A DNA stretch of 64,000 nt from the human T2T-CHM13v2.0 reference genome, Homo sapiens, in assembly GCF_009914755.1 (NCBI RefSeq), contig NC_060925.1; one strand, given 5' to 3'. The translations under genes were made by a program, and so were the position numbers. The notes below the pieces were generated by a model. It was not told the origin of the DNA, ran no database searches, and saw nothing but the letters and a program-made list of their open reading frames with translations. Of the stretch, positions 1 through 21,332 are shown piece by piece (the stretch's first letter is position 1; the number at the start of each line of letters is the position of its first letter).

Positions 1-175
1 TGTGTGAGTATGTGTGTGCCTGTCTGTGTGAGTGGGTGTCTCTGTGTCTGTGTGTCTATGAATGTGCACCTATCTCTGTGTGGGAGCAGTGTGCCTGTCT
101 CTGGATGTGTGTATCTCTGCATGTATGTCTATATATCTGCGCATGTTTGTGTGTGAGTGTGTGTGAGGCTGTGTG
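1..175. repeat. degenerate (TG)n microsatellite
   Basis: TG-dinucleotide-rich tract; explains the CV-rich ORFs. Confidence 0.85.
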
Positions 176-391
176 TCTGCACCTGGAGAGTCACTGCAGA
201 GGGGGATCAAGGCCATTTCCTGTCGTGGGTCCAGCCTTCAGCCTCTCAAGCTGCCTCATTCTGGCTCCCCCATCCGTTACCTAGCAACAGGGTCCTTGTA
301 GGAGGAGGAGGCTGTGAGGAGTTGTGGGGTTCAGGAAGGCCACCCCCACCCTGTTTCCTGACCCTGAAAGCCCTCAGTCTACCCCACTCAC

Positions 392-454
392 CCCTTAGGC
401 CCCTACTCCTGGGTCAGTGGGGCTGCGGCATGATCCTTGGGAGGGGTCAGAGAC
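392..454 (-). other. FGR: FGR shared non-coding 5'UTR exon (63 nt)
   Basis: Minus strand ctcaccctcAG|GTCTCTGACCCCTCCCAAGGATCATGCCG...CCTAAGGG|GTGAGT. Canonical sites; matches the FGR mRNA leader as I recall it. Coding exons lie left of the window. Confidence 0.85.
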
Positions 455-961
455 CTGAGGGTGAGACAGAAGGACAAGGAAGATGAAGTCTCTGCCAATG
501 TTTCTGTCAGCAGCTGCCCAGCTCCTGCCCTCTTCAGGAAGCCAGAAGGCCTGGGCTCTGCCCCAGCATGACTTCTGCCTTCACTTTCCTTCCTATCACC
601 CCTGGCACACTTACACAACCCCCGTCACATAGGGCAAACCACCCACACCAGCTCTCTTTCACACTCATACTCACCTGACCCACCAGCACAGTCACACAAT
701 AACACTCACAGCATATATTTGCATGAGTGTGCGTGCCAACCCCATCACACGCCAATACAGGCTCTAACAAGCCCAAGCTCACAATAGCACACACACATAC
801 ACATGCACATATACATGGGGTGCCTGCCAGGTTAACAGACGAACACACTCAGACACACATGATTTTGAACATTATAATCATCTCTCTAACAGGATTTCTA
901 TCAAGCCATGCTCAGCTCCCTCACAGTCCCCAGTCACCATCTCCTAAAAACCAGTTCTTCC

Positions 962-1480
<519 letters not shown>

Positions 1481-1762
1481 GGAGGTCATTGAGCAAGGGT
1501 CCCCCACACCCTGCCAGAAACATTGCCATTGCAACACTCAGAGAGGAACCGACTGGTGAGAGGGCTTGGTTTCCTAAGATGTGAGAATGGAGAGTTTAGG
1601 GTGGGGCCAACCTTGTGAACCCTGATTTGCCCCAGAGGGGCCCCAAGGTCCTAGAAGAAAGGGCCCCCAGCTTCTCTCTCTCGATCCCCAGTCCAGTCAT
1701 CCTTACAGATATTCTCTTCCTCTTCTCTCTGGGTCCTATCCTTTCTACCTAGCACCACTCAC

Positions 1763-1850
1763 CTCTTCCAGAAAGTCTTCCTGGATCCACCAGGTCCAGT
1801 TGCCTGGCTGATGGTTCCGTCACATCAGTGCTTTGGTCTCCACCCTAGCC
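1763..1850 (-). other. FGR: alternative FGR first exon (proximal promoter)
   Basis: Strong donor GGAAGAG|GTGAGT at 1763. GCACTGATGTGACGGAACCATCAGCCAGG resembles the 5' end of c-fgr cDNAs as recalled. GC box at about 1939-1948 upstream. Confidence 0.55.
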
Positions 1851-2187
1851 CCACCTGCCCCTCTCACCCTTTGCTCTAAGTGATCTCTCATGTGTGTATT
1901 GGGTGGGGGTGGGGGCATCACACCCATGTGGTGAACTGTGGGGCGGGCTGTGGTGAGAAGCCTGCCCTAAAATAGCCCCTGTTCACTGGGCCCTGCCTGA
2001 GACCTTTGCCCCGGGACCCCTCCCTGGGATGAAACCACTGTGTCTAAAACGCCCCAGGATGCTACAGGGCTAGTTAGAGCCAGGGCAGAAAATAGAGGTG
2101 GAGGACTGGAAGCCATCCAGGGCCCAGCGGGAGGGATTTCAGGAACTGGTGAAAAGAGAGATGGGGCTGATACAAAAACAAGGGTGA

Positions 2188-2500
2188 GGCCGGGCACAGT
2201 GGTTCACACCTGCTATCCCAGGACTTTGGTAGGCCGAGGCAGGATGATTGCTTGAGCCCAGGAGCTTGAGACCAGCCTGAGCAACATAGGGACACCCCGT
2301 CTCTATAAAAAAAAATCTTTTTTTAATTAGCCAGTCCTGATGGCACCCACCTGTAGTCCCAGCTACTCGGGAGGCTGAGGTGGGAGGATTGCTTAAGCCT
2401 GGGAGTTCGAGGCTGCAGGAGCTGTGATTGCACCGCTGCACTCCAGCCTGGGAGACAGAGTAAGACCCTGTCTCTATTTTAAAAAGAAAACAGAAAAACC
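2188..2500 (+). mobile_element. AluJ
   Basis: Dimer flanked by TSD aaaaac(c)aagggtga. Confidence 0.88.
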
Positions 2501-2846
2501 AAGGGTGAGAATAAAGCCTTCTCACAGGAAGACACACATACACACCTCAAATGGCGCACCATGCTGATACCCAGATCCACACAGCCCTTCAGACCCCTTC
2601 TCAGTTGGCACATTACCTCAGCTGCCTCATGCACAGGCTCCAGGCTCCTCTGCACAGATTCCTAGCACAAACATCTTCTAGTGTACACACACCCCATATA
2701 CACACACCTCCAGCCCTCATCCGTCTGCACATAGATGTGCATGCACATGAACACACACACACACACACACACACACACATCCTCTATAAAAGAATAGCAA
2801 ATACAAAATTTATAGCGCTTACTATATGCGCTGGCCACTGCATTAA

Positions 2847-3655
<809 letters not shown>

Positions 3656-3815
3656 AAGGCCACAGACATGATGTATCCTGGTGTTTGGCTCCAGAATCTG
3701 AGCTTTCAAGCATTTCTCTCCATTGCCTATCACAGATACAGACAGATGCAGCCATTCCTGCTAGCATGCACAAATGCGGATGCCCCCACACTGTCCCCCC
3801 ACCCCCCATGTAGGG

Positions 3816-3816
<1 letters not shown>

Positions 3817-3860
<44 letters not shown>
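3817..3860. repeat. (CA)n microsatellite
   Basis: Perfect CA run of about 22 units. Confidence 0.95.
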
Positions 3861-3862
<2 letters not shown>

Positions 3863-5253
3863 TATACACAGCCCTCTCCGGTGACATGGACCCACATAGA
3901 GCTCTCCTCTATAGGAGAACATAGACTTATACAATCTCTCATGTTCACACACAGATACAATATTGCCACTTCCAATAATACCCACGTATATATTGCCACA
4001 ACATATCTATATCAGATGGAGGGGATCCCTGAATTCTGCATGCCCAGTATGGCTGGAAGGGAGAGACTATCAGCATCTGAGAAGGAAGCTCTGTGGGCTC
4101 AGGAAGAGCCCTGGCAGGACTGACCGTGTCGTCAGCAGGCAGAGGTAGGCAGCTCTTGGGTCTTATCACTTCCAAACTTGATGCAGACCAAAGCCCTGGC
4201 CAGGCCTGGCTCTCTGGGGACCAGTATGCTGAGGCGTCAGGGGATGTAGGGCACAGGGTATGACATCTGCATGGCCCAAGGCAGGGAGGGGCCACACTGC
4301 ATGTAGCCATGTTCATGCTGTTTTGTCAGAGGAAAGAAAGAGATGGGGAAAGACAGAAAAAGGAGAGGCAGAAAGAAAGAGAGAGAGAGGCAGAGTTTGA
4401 GAGATACAGGGAGATAAAGAGAAAGAGCCAGAGAGACAGAAAGACAGAGAGATAGAAGGAAGAGACAGAGACAGAGAAACACAGCGTGGTATGCTGGTAA
4501 ACTGACTCTCAAAAAAAGAAAAGAAAAGAAAAGAAAAAGCCCTGATTTGTCACATTTTCTGATTTCCATGGTGTAAATATTCCCACAATGGCTGATTTAA
4601 AGCTACCAAAGTGACTTCCTGAAAGCTGGGGTGGAAGAGACACACAGAATGAACTCCCCTGAGCCAGTAAGTAGCTGGCTCCAGCACACACTGCCAGAAA
4701 GAAACAGAGACAAAGAGACAGAGGCAGAAATGAGAATTAAGGAGAAAGAGTAATCAAGAGACAGAAAGAGATAGAAACAGAGAGAGGCAGAGATGAAGAG
4801 AAAGAGAGAGAGAGAGCTAAAGAGACAAGGAGGGAAAAAGACGGAGGGAGAGCAGATTGGGTTCACTCTGCTCAGACATCTGCATGAAAATAGCCCTAGG
4901 ACTCTTCATCCTCCTCTTGCTCTGATCTCTATGTGCCACCAATTCTTTGGAGAGTAATTTGACTTCCTAGAAATCCAGGTGGCAGTAAAAATGAGCTAAT
5001 TTATTAAACAGTTACACAGTGACTAGCATCTTGCCAAGTAACTCCCAGTCATGGTCTTATTTGGTGAACCTATGAGGTGGGTTTATGACTACCCTTATTT
5101 TACAGATGAAGAAACTGAGGCACAGAGATGTTAAGTAACTTGCCCAAGATTACATTGTGAGTAAAGGATGCTAAAATGCAATGCTGATCAACTTGTTGCC
5201 AAAAACCACTGTAACCACTAGTCCATTCTGTAATCCTAGTAGAAGCAATAATG

Positions 5254-5776
5254 CAAGCTTGTCCATCCCATGGTCCATGGGCCATATGCAGCCCAGGACA
5301 GCTTTGAATGTGGCCCAACACATATTAGTAAACTTTCTGAAAACATTATGAGATTTTTTTTGTGATTTTTTTTGAGACGGGGTCTCACTCTGTTGCCCAG
5401 GCTGGAGTAAAGTGGCACAATCTTGGCTCACTGCAACCTCCGCCTCCTGGGTTCAAGTGATTCTTCTGCCTCAGCCTCCTGAGTAGCTGGGACTACAGGC
5501 GCGCTGCCAACACGCCTGGCTAATTTTTTGTATTTTGAGTAGAGACGGGGTTTCACCGTGTTAGCCCGGATGGTCTCGATCTCCTGACCTCGTGATCTGC
5601 CCGCCTCGGCCTCCCAAAGTGCTGGGATTACAGGCATGAGCCACTGCACCCGGCCTTTTTTGCAATTTTTTAAAGCTCATCAGCTATCATTAGTGTTAGT
5701 GTATTTTATGTGTGGCTCAAGACAATTTTTCTTCTTCCAATGCGGCCCAGGGAAGCCAAAAGATTGGACACCCCTG
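5254..5776 (-). mobile_element. MER30 hAT DNA transposon interrupted by an Alu (5367-5655, -)
   Basis: Ends caagcttgtcc...ttggacacccctg match MER30; 8-bp TSD caataatg/caataacg (5246-5253, 5777-5784). Confidence 0.85.
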
Positions 5777-7380
5777 CAATAACGTGTGTCTCTTAAGGAG
5801 CACCTAGTGTTCTCAGCCCTGTGCCTCATGCTCTAAATCCTTGATACAGCAGGCAGGGCGCAGGTGGGGGGAGGGAGGGGCGCAGGAGAGAGAGAGAGAG
5901 CCATATCTGCCCAGATTTTCTCAGGCAGTCGCTGAATCTGAAGAAGCCAGGTCTCTCTTTTCTCAGCACTGAACTTCGCTGCCTGCTAATACCAGAAAGG
6001 GGGCAGCTCAGAGAGTAGCCACAGCATCATTCTGGGCACTTGGTTCTGTTTATAAATATGTCTCTTGAACATCTGGTTTACAGGAGTCGCCTCCGAGATC
6101 CCCATCAGGGTCAAAATCAGGTTACAAGTATCAAACTGAGGTCCAACCCTGGACCGCAGTGCTCCTCACTTCAACATCTGCCCTGTGGCCCTCCCCAGCT
6201 CCATTCTTCAGTAGCTCTATGACCTTGGATCTTTGACATAAGCCTCTGAGCCTTAGTTGTTGCATCTGCACCTTCTGAGTAGTTGTTGTGAGGGCTTCAT
6301 GACATGTGGCTCTTGCCCGATGTGCAGTGGCCAAGTGTGACCAATAACCAAAACCAGAATGGCCCCCAGGGACCATTTACCACTCCACCTTCTCTTTTGC
6401 ATAGGGGGAAGTTACTTTCCCAGGATCACACAGCCAGACAAGGGATTCAAAGTCAGGACTATTAATTCAAGTCCAGAGTTCTGTTCCCTCCCCCACTGCT
6501 GTGTTCTCCAAAGCCTGAGCAGGAGATCATGCTGTTCCTAACTAGTGAATGTCATACTTCCGGTCGAACACACCACCCCTGTCATATGGCAGCTGGTCAC
6601 CCAGCAGGGAGGGACCCTGCCTCCCACTCACCCCTACTGCTGGACATAGGAACCCCAGGTCCACCCATCCTTTTTCGAGGCCCACACTTCCCAAAGCTAT
6701 GCCAGTTCTTTGATGTAGACACAGGATGTCCTGCCCCCGCAACCCTCACCAAGTATCTGTGGGATCTAGAGGCAGATTTAGGCTCAAATTCTAGCCTGCC
6801 TGACAACTAGCTTAAGGCATTGGGCAAGTCAGTTCATCTCCCTGAGCGGCAGCATCTTTGCCTATAAAATAAGAATACAAATGTCCACCTCCTGGGGTTG
6901 CTTCTCAGCATCAAATGGGGTCACATCACTGAAAGCATCAGACATACAGTAAGTGCCCAGTGAACTTTCACTTCCCTCCTTTCCCTTGAGGAAGGTCCTC
7001 CGTGGCAGTGACGGTGTGGGACCAGAGGGTACAGAACTGGGCAGGGCTGAGAAGAAAGAGAAGTTCCCAGGGTGAGGTGAGAGGGCTGAGCTGGCCCAGC
7101 CGCCTGGGGGATTTCATCAAAAGGGAACCGGGACTTTGGGCAGGGGCAGGAAACCACCATCCTGCAAGAGTTCCGGCTTCTCCTCCAGGCTCTGGGCTGG
7201 CCGGGGGCAGGCCAGGGCTGGAGGGTCAGGGAGCAAGGCTGAGGTCTGCAGGTGACTCCCATCCCACTGTGCCGCATCTCTCACTAGGCCCTATCCCTCA
7301 GACCGGGCGGGCTTCCATCCCTCACCCTCAGTCCTCTCACCGAGACCCTCCACCTGGCTGAATGCCAGTGCCTTTGCTGA

Positions 7381-7739
<359 letters not shown>

Positions 7740-9349
7740 TCATTAACCCCCTTTCATCTCACACCATCCTTTCTTGAGGCCTCGAAACTGCCTCCTGAAG
7801 AAGACATACCCACCCAACCCTGTCTGACTCCACCACCACCGTGGTGAGGCCAGGTGTGTGCAGGATCGGGGGTGGCCTTTACCCTCCATGTGGTCCCGAG
7901 GCCATTAGCAGTTTTTTCCACTTCTTGTGGGTAAAAGTGGTTTTCCACCTGTTGCTGAAAACCACCCACCAGCCTCTAAAACACAGCTCTTTAGATGCCA
8001 TCTGGCCTGGGACTCAGGATTTTCAGGAGATGGAAGCCATGGCGGCGGGGGGCGGGGGTCCAGGGGCAGCCAAGGGATGGGAGTCTAGATTTCACAGTGT
8101 GGCCAGACAGGAAGCCCCCTCCCTGGTCCCTCAGGGGAGTGGGGCGGTGAGGGGGACATCCTGCCTTTTCCCACCTTAGGTCAGCCCAGTCTGCTCTGCG
8201 TGGGAAGAGCCCTGGCCCCTACTTCCCCAGCTCTGGGGTTCCCTACCCAGCCTCCTGAGGTCTGGCCACTTCCTTTGCCACATCAGCCCCAGGTGGCTGC
8301 AGAGATCACCCAAACATCCACTCATATGCTCAAGGGTTCATGCTCATTCACTCAGAGCCCAAAACATACAAACACTCACACCCTCACTGGAGGAGGGTGT
8401 GAGAGCACCTACTCACTGGAACAGGAAGTAGTCATGAAGCCCCTAAACCCCACACCCTCCTCCCCGGAGGGTACATGAAACTTGGTAGGGATGAGGTAAG
8501 GATTCAGGCCTCAGCTCAGGCTACATCAGAGACGAGATGTCCTGGAATTCTGGTCCCTACTGTTGGCCCTGCAGGTTGCCAACTCCCAAACCTCCATCTT
8601 CCCATCTGTGAAGTGGGAACAGGGTCCTGCTCTCCCATCATCACCACAGTCGGAAGGATGCCAAGGACATCAGGGCCCCTGAGAGTACACACCCGAGGGG
8701 CGGCCAACTGGATGCAGCACCAGAGAGGGTGTGAGACAGATTTTAACTCTGCTGACCTCCCCAGTATGGGCTCTCATCAGAGCCATAAACTATTTAGACG
8801 CCAACTGTGTGCTGGTCCCTGGAGGCCCTGTCAGTGAGAGCCGGGCAGTCTGGTCCCCCTCCATGCTTTTTGTTGTTGTTGTTGTTTACAGACAAAATCT
8901 CACTCTCTCATCCAGGAGCTCTCACTGCAGCCTTGAACTCGTGGGCTCCAGCGATCCTCCGGCCTCAGCCTCTGGAGTAGCTGGGACTACAGCAGGTGCC
9001 ACCACTTCCAGCCTTCTGGCTAACTATATTTTTTTGTAGAGACAGGACGGGGGTCTCCCTGTGCTGCCCAGGCTGGCCTCCTCTGCATGTTTTTGAGAAG
9101 GTGAAGGGGAGGCTCGCTGAGTCAGGGATAGCCCTTAACCCTTCAGGACACTCAGCAAAAACTGCTTTCTGCACCTGATTCTCGTGGGGGAAGAGTGGAC
9201 ACAAGGATCATTTCTCACCATAGTTCAGATGAGGAAAGTGAGGCCCAGAGAAGCCCTGTAACTTGCCCACAGTCACACAGCAATTAAGGGCCCAGTCTTG
9301 CTAAGAACCCAGGTCTCTCAAACAGCAGATCCTCCACCCCAGGATCCCT

Positions 9350-10620
9350 GAACACAGCGGCATCGCCTCCTACCTCGGTCGGGAAGCCCACCCCCCACCC
9401 ACCAGACCGAGGATTCCAAAAGGGGGCGAAGGCGGAGAGCAAAGGGGGCTGCGCCCACCCGGAGCCCCGCGGCGGCCCAGCGCGGCCCGCCCTCTCGTTG
9501 CCTTGGAGGCAGCCCCTGCGGGCACTCGCGGTCAAAGGCAGGATTTCCGTCGGGGCGGCAGCAATTCCCGGATCCAGCGGGGAGCGCGGGCCGAGACCGC
9601 CGCGGGCGCGGAGGGGGCGCCCGGAGAGGCCTGTCCCTGCCGAGGGCGGGGACTTCCCCAGGAAGCGGGGACCCACGCCTCGCGCGCCCGGCAGGAGTCC
9701 CCTGCAGCCCGGAACCTACCGCAAGGGCGGGCCGAGAGGGTCGCGGGGCCGCGGTCGCGGCCGCTAACGTTACCCTGCGGGCTGTGGGCTTCACCCCGAC
9801 TTCGGCCGGCTCGGAAGAGGGGAACTTCCTGGACCCGCAATTGCACCCCAGGTTCTCCGTCCTCCAGAAGTCGTTCTCCTCAACCCCCTTCCCGCCAGCT
9901 CCCTCTCCTGTTCCCTCCAGCACCCCCACCCATTTCCCCTCTCCTGGACCCATCAGACCCGTCGGCTTCTCCCCAAAGTCCCACTCTCACGATCCCTTCA
10001 GTTTCTCCCCCAGACCGTCCTGGGGATTCCCCTTAATCCTTCTCCCCCACCTCAGCCCCCTTCCTAAACTCTTATCAGTCCCCTCCATTTTACCCACTAG
10101 ACCTTTTTGGGGGTCCCTTTGGTCGGCTTCCCCCGTGCTCCCCTCCGCCCTCTCCTCCAGGTTTATCAGCCTTGCTTTTCAGGTCGCCCGTTTTCCTCCT
10201 TAGGCCTTTTCGGGCTGGGGTCCCTTTGGCTGTCACCTTGCTCAGGTGTCCCCCGACCCCCAGGTTCAGGCTTCTCTTCCCGTGTACCCCCAGTCCTCTC
10301 TCCAGAGCCTCGAGGGGGAGGGCACTGCTTGACCTGCCCAGTCCCCACCCGACGCTGTCGCTTACCTGGAGCCCAATTCTGCCCGGCCCCGGGGTGAGCC
10401 AGCCGGGGCTCCAGCAGCCGCGAGTGCCGGCGTGCGGGGAGAACTGGGGTGCTGCCCGCCTCTGACCGCCGCCCCTGCTGGGCAGGGAGGAGGAAGCCGC
10501 CTCGGACTTCTCTTATTGCAGTCACGGCCGGCGGGCGGTGATGGTGGCAGGGAGACAGTCACGCCCTAGCCCCAAGCCAGCTCCCCGCAGCGAGGAGGCG
10601 CCCCCAGATCCTAGGCCCAC
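9350..10620 (-). promoter_or_regulatory. FGR: CpG island / distal FGR promoter and first-intron regulatory region
   Basis: High CpG density at 9350-9830 and 10380-10620; GC boxes; kB-like GGGGACTTCCCC at 9648-9659; ETS/PU.1-like GGAA cores. Confidence 0.8.
10366..10505 (-). other. FGR: FGR first (non-coding) exon
   Basis: Consensus donor CTCCAG|GTAAGC at 10366 inside the CpG island; GGGCAGAATTGGGCTCCAG joins the 392-454 exon in the FGR mRNA as recalled; TSS approximate. Confidence 0.8.
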
Positions 10621-11058
10621 CCGCCCCCACCTTCCTCCTCCCTGGTTTACGGGAGGTCGGCTCTGTCACCCTCCAGACCTGAGTCCCCAGCCCGGCCTTC
10701 CCAAAAGCCCCCTCCAAAAGCGCAGTTTCAGCACCCCCGAAGCACCTGCTCTTTTAGGATCATTGAATTGGAGGTTAAGAGGGGCTTTTCTCCATCACTG
10801 AGGACCAGATCGGGACTGGCCTTACTCGAGTTCTCACAGCCAGTTGACTTCAGACTGCTGTCACCAGAGCCACTGGACATGGATCACATGGACCCTGTCA
10901 GCACGCCTTCCCTTCCTCAGGGGCTGAGCACTGGGGACACAGGGCTGTTAAGGGTGGTGAGCAGCAGAAGACCCTTCCCTTAGGAAACTGCCTTTCAGAG
11001 GAGTGGGAAGGGTGTCAGCCTCCCCCAGGCACCCAAGTTTTAGAAAAACTGAGTAACT

Positions 11059-11843
<785 letters not shown>

Positions 11844-12018
11844 TCAATCTGGGGTTCAGTCCCCACTCCCACCACTGTTACTTCAGCCTTAAAGCAAGAA
11901 CCCGGAATATCCCTCCTGTCCAGGAGAGGAAGAGGTGTGGTGGGGAGGGCTGTTTGGTGGAGAAGGATGTGTCTGTTGGGATGTGGTGAGAGGCAGGGAG
12001 AGTGTGCGTAAACACAGA

Positions 12019-12019
<1 letters not shown>

Positions 12020-12063
<44 letters not shown>
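12020..12063. repeat. (TG)n(AG)n compound microsatellite
   Basis: Direct reading. Confidence 0.95.
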
Positions 12064-12907
12064 AAGCAATGACATGATGACTTTGCTTTTGGAATCAACA
12101 ACTAGGCCATGGTGTGCAGGCAAGTGTGTTTCTTTGTATGGGCAGGGGCATGTGGGGATGTGTGTGTGCATGCGTACACATGCTCAAGTGTGGCCCAATG
12201 TGCCTGGGGTAACAGAGTGGTGGGATGGAGATAAGAATGCTTTTCTCTTAGGAAATGGGAGGAGGGATGAGGAGGAAGACAGAGGAGCCAGTGGCAGTGC
12301 AGGGTCTCTGGAAGAGTGGCTTCACCCTAGCCGGGCAGCATCACCTCCGCCATCAAATGCTCCCTGCCTGGCCATCGGCCCACATGTTCAATTAGCAAAC
12401 AAGCAAACGTTTATAATTGTGTCTTAGGTGCCAGCCTTAGGGAACACAGAGATGAGAGACTGGTCCCTGCTCTTGGGGGATCCCCCCAATCTATCATGCT
12501 CGCTCTGTCATCCTTCAAGGTCTGACTCACAAGCATCTGCTCTAGAGGCCTTCCCTGATTGCTGCCTCTACCCACTCCACACCCCCAGCAGAACCTCAGC
12601 ATCTTCTGCCTGGGGCACCACTGGTTCCTGGGGGATGGGTGTGTGGGATATGTTTTCCTCAAGGGCAGGGGTCTGGCTCTTGTAGATGCCTCCAGTACCC
12701 ACACAAGGCCCAGCACACAGTAGCAGGCTTTCTGTGTATAGGAACACGTGAATCAACCAAAGGACAAAGGAATTAACAGATGAACAAAGGAAAGCCCAGT
12801 GAAAAACTAAATAATGGAAGGTAAGAAAGAATGAATGAAGAAATTCAAGAATTGATGACTGAATAAGCAAATGAATGGAAGAACAAAATGACAACATTGC
12901 TTCTCAG

Positions 12908-17665
<4,758 letters not shown>

Positions 17666-17816
17666 TAACCTTAATTACTTCCAGAAAGGCCTCGTCTCCA
17701 AGTATAGTCACATTAGGGGTTAGGAATCCAACATATGAATTTGGGAAAGACAAAATTCAATCCATCACAGATGCTAAAACCCCTAGGTGAAAAGTTTTAA
17801 AGAAGACCATGTTCTC

Positions 17817-18242
<426 letters not shown>

Positions 18243-18266
18243 CTATGTATGTATATACCATCACTA

Positions 18267-18608
<342 letters not shown>

Positions 18609-20989
18609 ATTGCCATAAGAAAGTCAGTAGTAGAGGGTGACTGTTTTGTATTATAAGGGACTTCAAAGAGACATCACCACCAAATGTAATGCATAAACCT
18701 TGGTTGATTTCTTTGGTAAAAAGACCCAACTATCATTGTGCATATTAGTTGATGTGTTTTTCTCTCTCCTTCCTTGACTTTGGGCTCCACTAGGTTTCGT
18801 CGCTTTAACTTAGCATAGTTCAACCAGCATCTTGCAGCGTCTGGCACCCACTAGGTGCTTAATAAAGACCGACTGAGAAAACAGGAATGAAGGAAGGACA
18901 AAACTTTGCCTAGTGGAGAGGGATGACGTCTCAGAGGATTCTGAAGGACAAACAGGTTGCCCACAGGTGAAATCTCTGATTCAGCCTCCCACTCAGTGGC
19001 TCTAGTGCCAGACATGACACTCATTTTTGGGGAACCCAAACAGCAGAACTCTGACCAGCGGGTGGAGACTCGAGCAGGGAGGATTTCAGCTCAGGAGCAG
19101 GAAGAACTACAGCCGTGGGAATAGCTCAGCAGCAGAATAGCTGGTCTCGGGAGGTACCAAGGTGAGCATGCAGAGGGGACTCACACGGACTGACCTCATG
19201 CACAGGCAGGGAATGCACCTGCATGGTGACCCCGACCACAAGTCCCACCACCAAGCCTTTGCCCAAAGGTCCTCCCACCTGGCAGCCTCTCTGTCCCCTT
19301 TTTTGCCCAGGCTTAGCCTCCGAGAGAGCGGTATTTTCTCCCTTCTCTAAGCCCTGAGCACTTCTTCTCTGCACCACCAGGGGTCCTGTGGCACGATGTG
19401 CCTTTTTCGGGCAGGCATCTCTGCCTGGATAAGAAGCAAGGCCTCTGACAGGTTGTGCGAACTTGACCAAGTGTCTGCCTCTCTCTGGGCCCCTGTTTCC
19501 TTTTTTGTACAAGGATAAGGTGGGACAAGATGCCCCAAGAAGCCTGTTTAACCTTCAAATGTCTTTCTTGGAGTCTGGTCCTCTAGTCCTCTATGGCATT
19601 GGGGACTCCTAGGGGACAGGGACGATACTGGCTGAGGCCCCTGCCAGGACCCCCCAGGAACAGACCCAGCTTATCACCCCACAGTGTGGACATGCTGTGG
19701 TGATACTCTCACCTCCATTCTTGCTAAAGGCAGCGTGGCTCAAATTTAGGACCCACAAGTTACTGGCTGTGTGATCTTAGGCAAATGTCTTAACAACTCT
19801 GGGCTTTAGTTTCCACACCGATAAAACTAGAACAGTAATATCTGATTATCAGGATGAGGAGTAAAGGAAATGATGGCTTCGAAAGTATCTTGTACATAGC
19901 GGGTATACAAAAAGCTGTCAGGAGCCAGGGAGGGAGGTCTGATGAGGAGTTTTGGAATCTCTCCCATCACCACCCCAGATTCTAGTCTCTTCATCATCAC
20001 AAGCTGCTTTATGCAGAGAGAGATACTAAATACCACATGTCTAGATCTAGAGTAGGCCTGGCACATAGTAGGTGCTCAATACATATTTGTCAAATGACAG
20101 ATAAATCCTATAACCAATATCTTACTTGAGCCTTGAAGCAAACTGGTAAGGGGCAAGACAAGGGTACAGTTATTATCTCTGCTTCAAAGGTGAAGCCACT
20201 GTAGCTCAGAGAGGGAAAGTGACTTACCTAAGGTAACACAGCAGAGTTGGGCTTGGAACCCAGTTCCCTTCAGCTGTAGAACCCATAATAATGTCCCTCA
20301 TCCATGCAGCCACTTTATAGACAGATTGCTAGGCTCTGCCTACGCTCACTCTCACATAAGGGAGTATCCCAGGGGGTGGTGCTTTGCCAAACACAAAGCA
20401 GGGCAGGCAGGCCAACTGGCCTGTCCCAGGGGCCCCACTCTGCTCCCTGATGACCCAGAGCCTGTGCTGGGTCACTGTGCTCCTTGGCTGGAGGCAGCTT
20501 GGCCTTGGCCTAGCAGACCCATGGAGCCACAGGACAGGTATCTTAGTGCAGCACGATGGGGAACCTGGGCCAAGTACGGCGGCTGAGCCTGTGGGACTAC
20601 CTCTTGGGGCTGACCCACCCCAGGGGGCTCACAACAAGTCAACCTGGCAGGTCAGGAGTGTGCCATCCCCCAGGGCCTGGGTGCCCCCAACTTTCAGTGA
20701 CTGCTGCCATATTTACGGTCAGTGAGACTCTTATTCTGGGGGTGGGAGGAGGGTTTCTAGAGTGGGTGGACTCTACCTGCCTGGAGTGCAGTGAGGAAGC
20801 CAGTGGGGTCATCACACAGCCCCCTCCCACCAGGAGTGCTGACGCATCCCTACACTGACGTCCAGGAGCCATCTGAGGCCTACGAGGACATGAGAACAAG
20901 CAGGGACCAGAGTGAGGACCACCGTAGTGCACTCTGGGGAGGCCGTGGAGTCCATCCTTCCCTCAGGGCAGGACAGAGCATTATAGAGG

Positions 20990-21332
20990 GGCTGGAGGTG
21001 ATGGAATGGCGATTTTCACTGGGGGTGGGAGTGAGGGCTGGGGTATTAAAGTGGAGTGCAGAGTATTCGAATGGGTGCTGGAATATTTCAAGGGGATTGG
21101 AATATTTAAAGTTGGAGCAAAAATTTCAAGTTGAGGCTGGACTTTAAGAGTGGAGTGGAGGTTTGCCATAGGGGCTGGAGAACTTCCGCGACGATCAGAG
21201 TATTGCACAGTGGGGGCTAAAGAGTTTCACAAAGGCTGGGTTATTTCAGGCATATTATGGGGAGTGGGAGAGGACCTAGAGTATTTCAGTGAGACGCTGG
21301 AATCTTCCAGGGTAGGCTGGTATATTTCAGAG
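20990..21332. repeat. highly degenerate ~19-21 bp tandem repeat (consensus about gggCTGGAGTATTTCAg)
   Basis: Recurrent ctggaatatttcaag, ttggaatatttaaag, ctgggttatttcag, ctagagtatttcag, ctggaatcttccag, ctggtatatttcag. Confidence 0.55.

Noticed and set aside
1-391. FGR coding sequence
   Set aside because: No MGCVFC start or SH3/SH2/kinase exons are present; only the 5' non-coding part of FGR is in the window
9284-10203. Overlapping 100-211 aa ORFs on both strands
   Set aside because: Stop-codon scarcity in GC-rich island DNA; no protein similarity recognised
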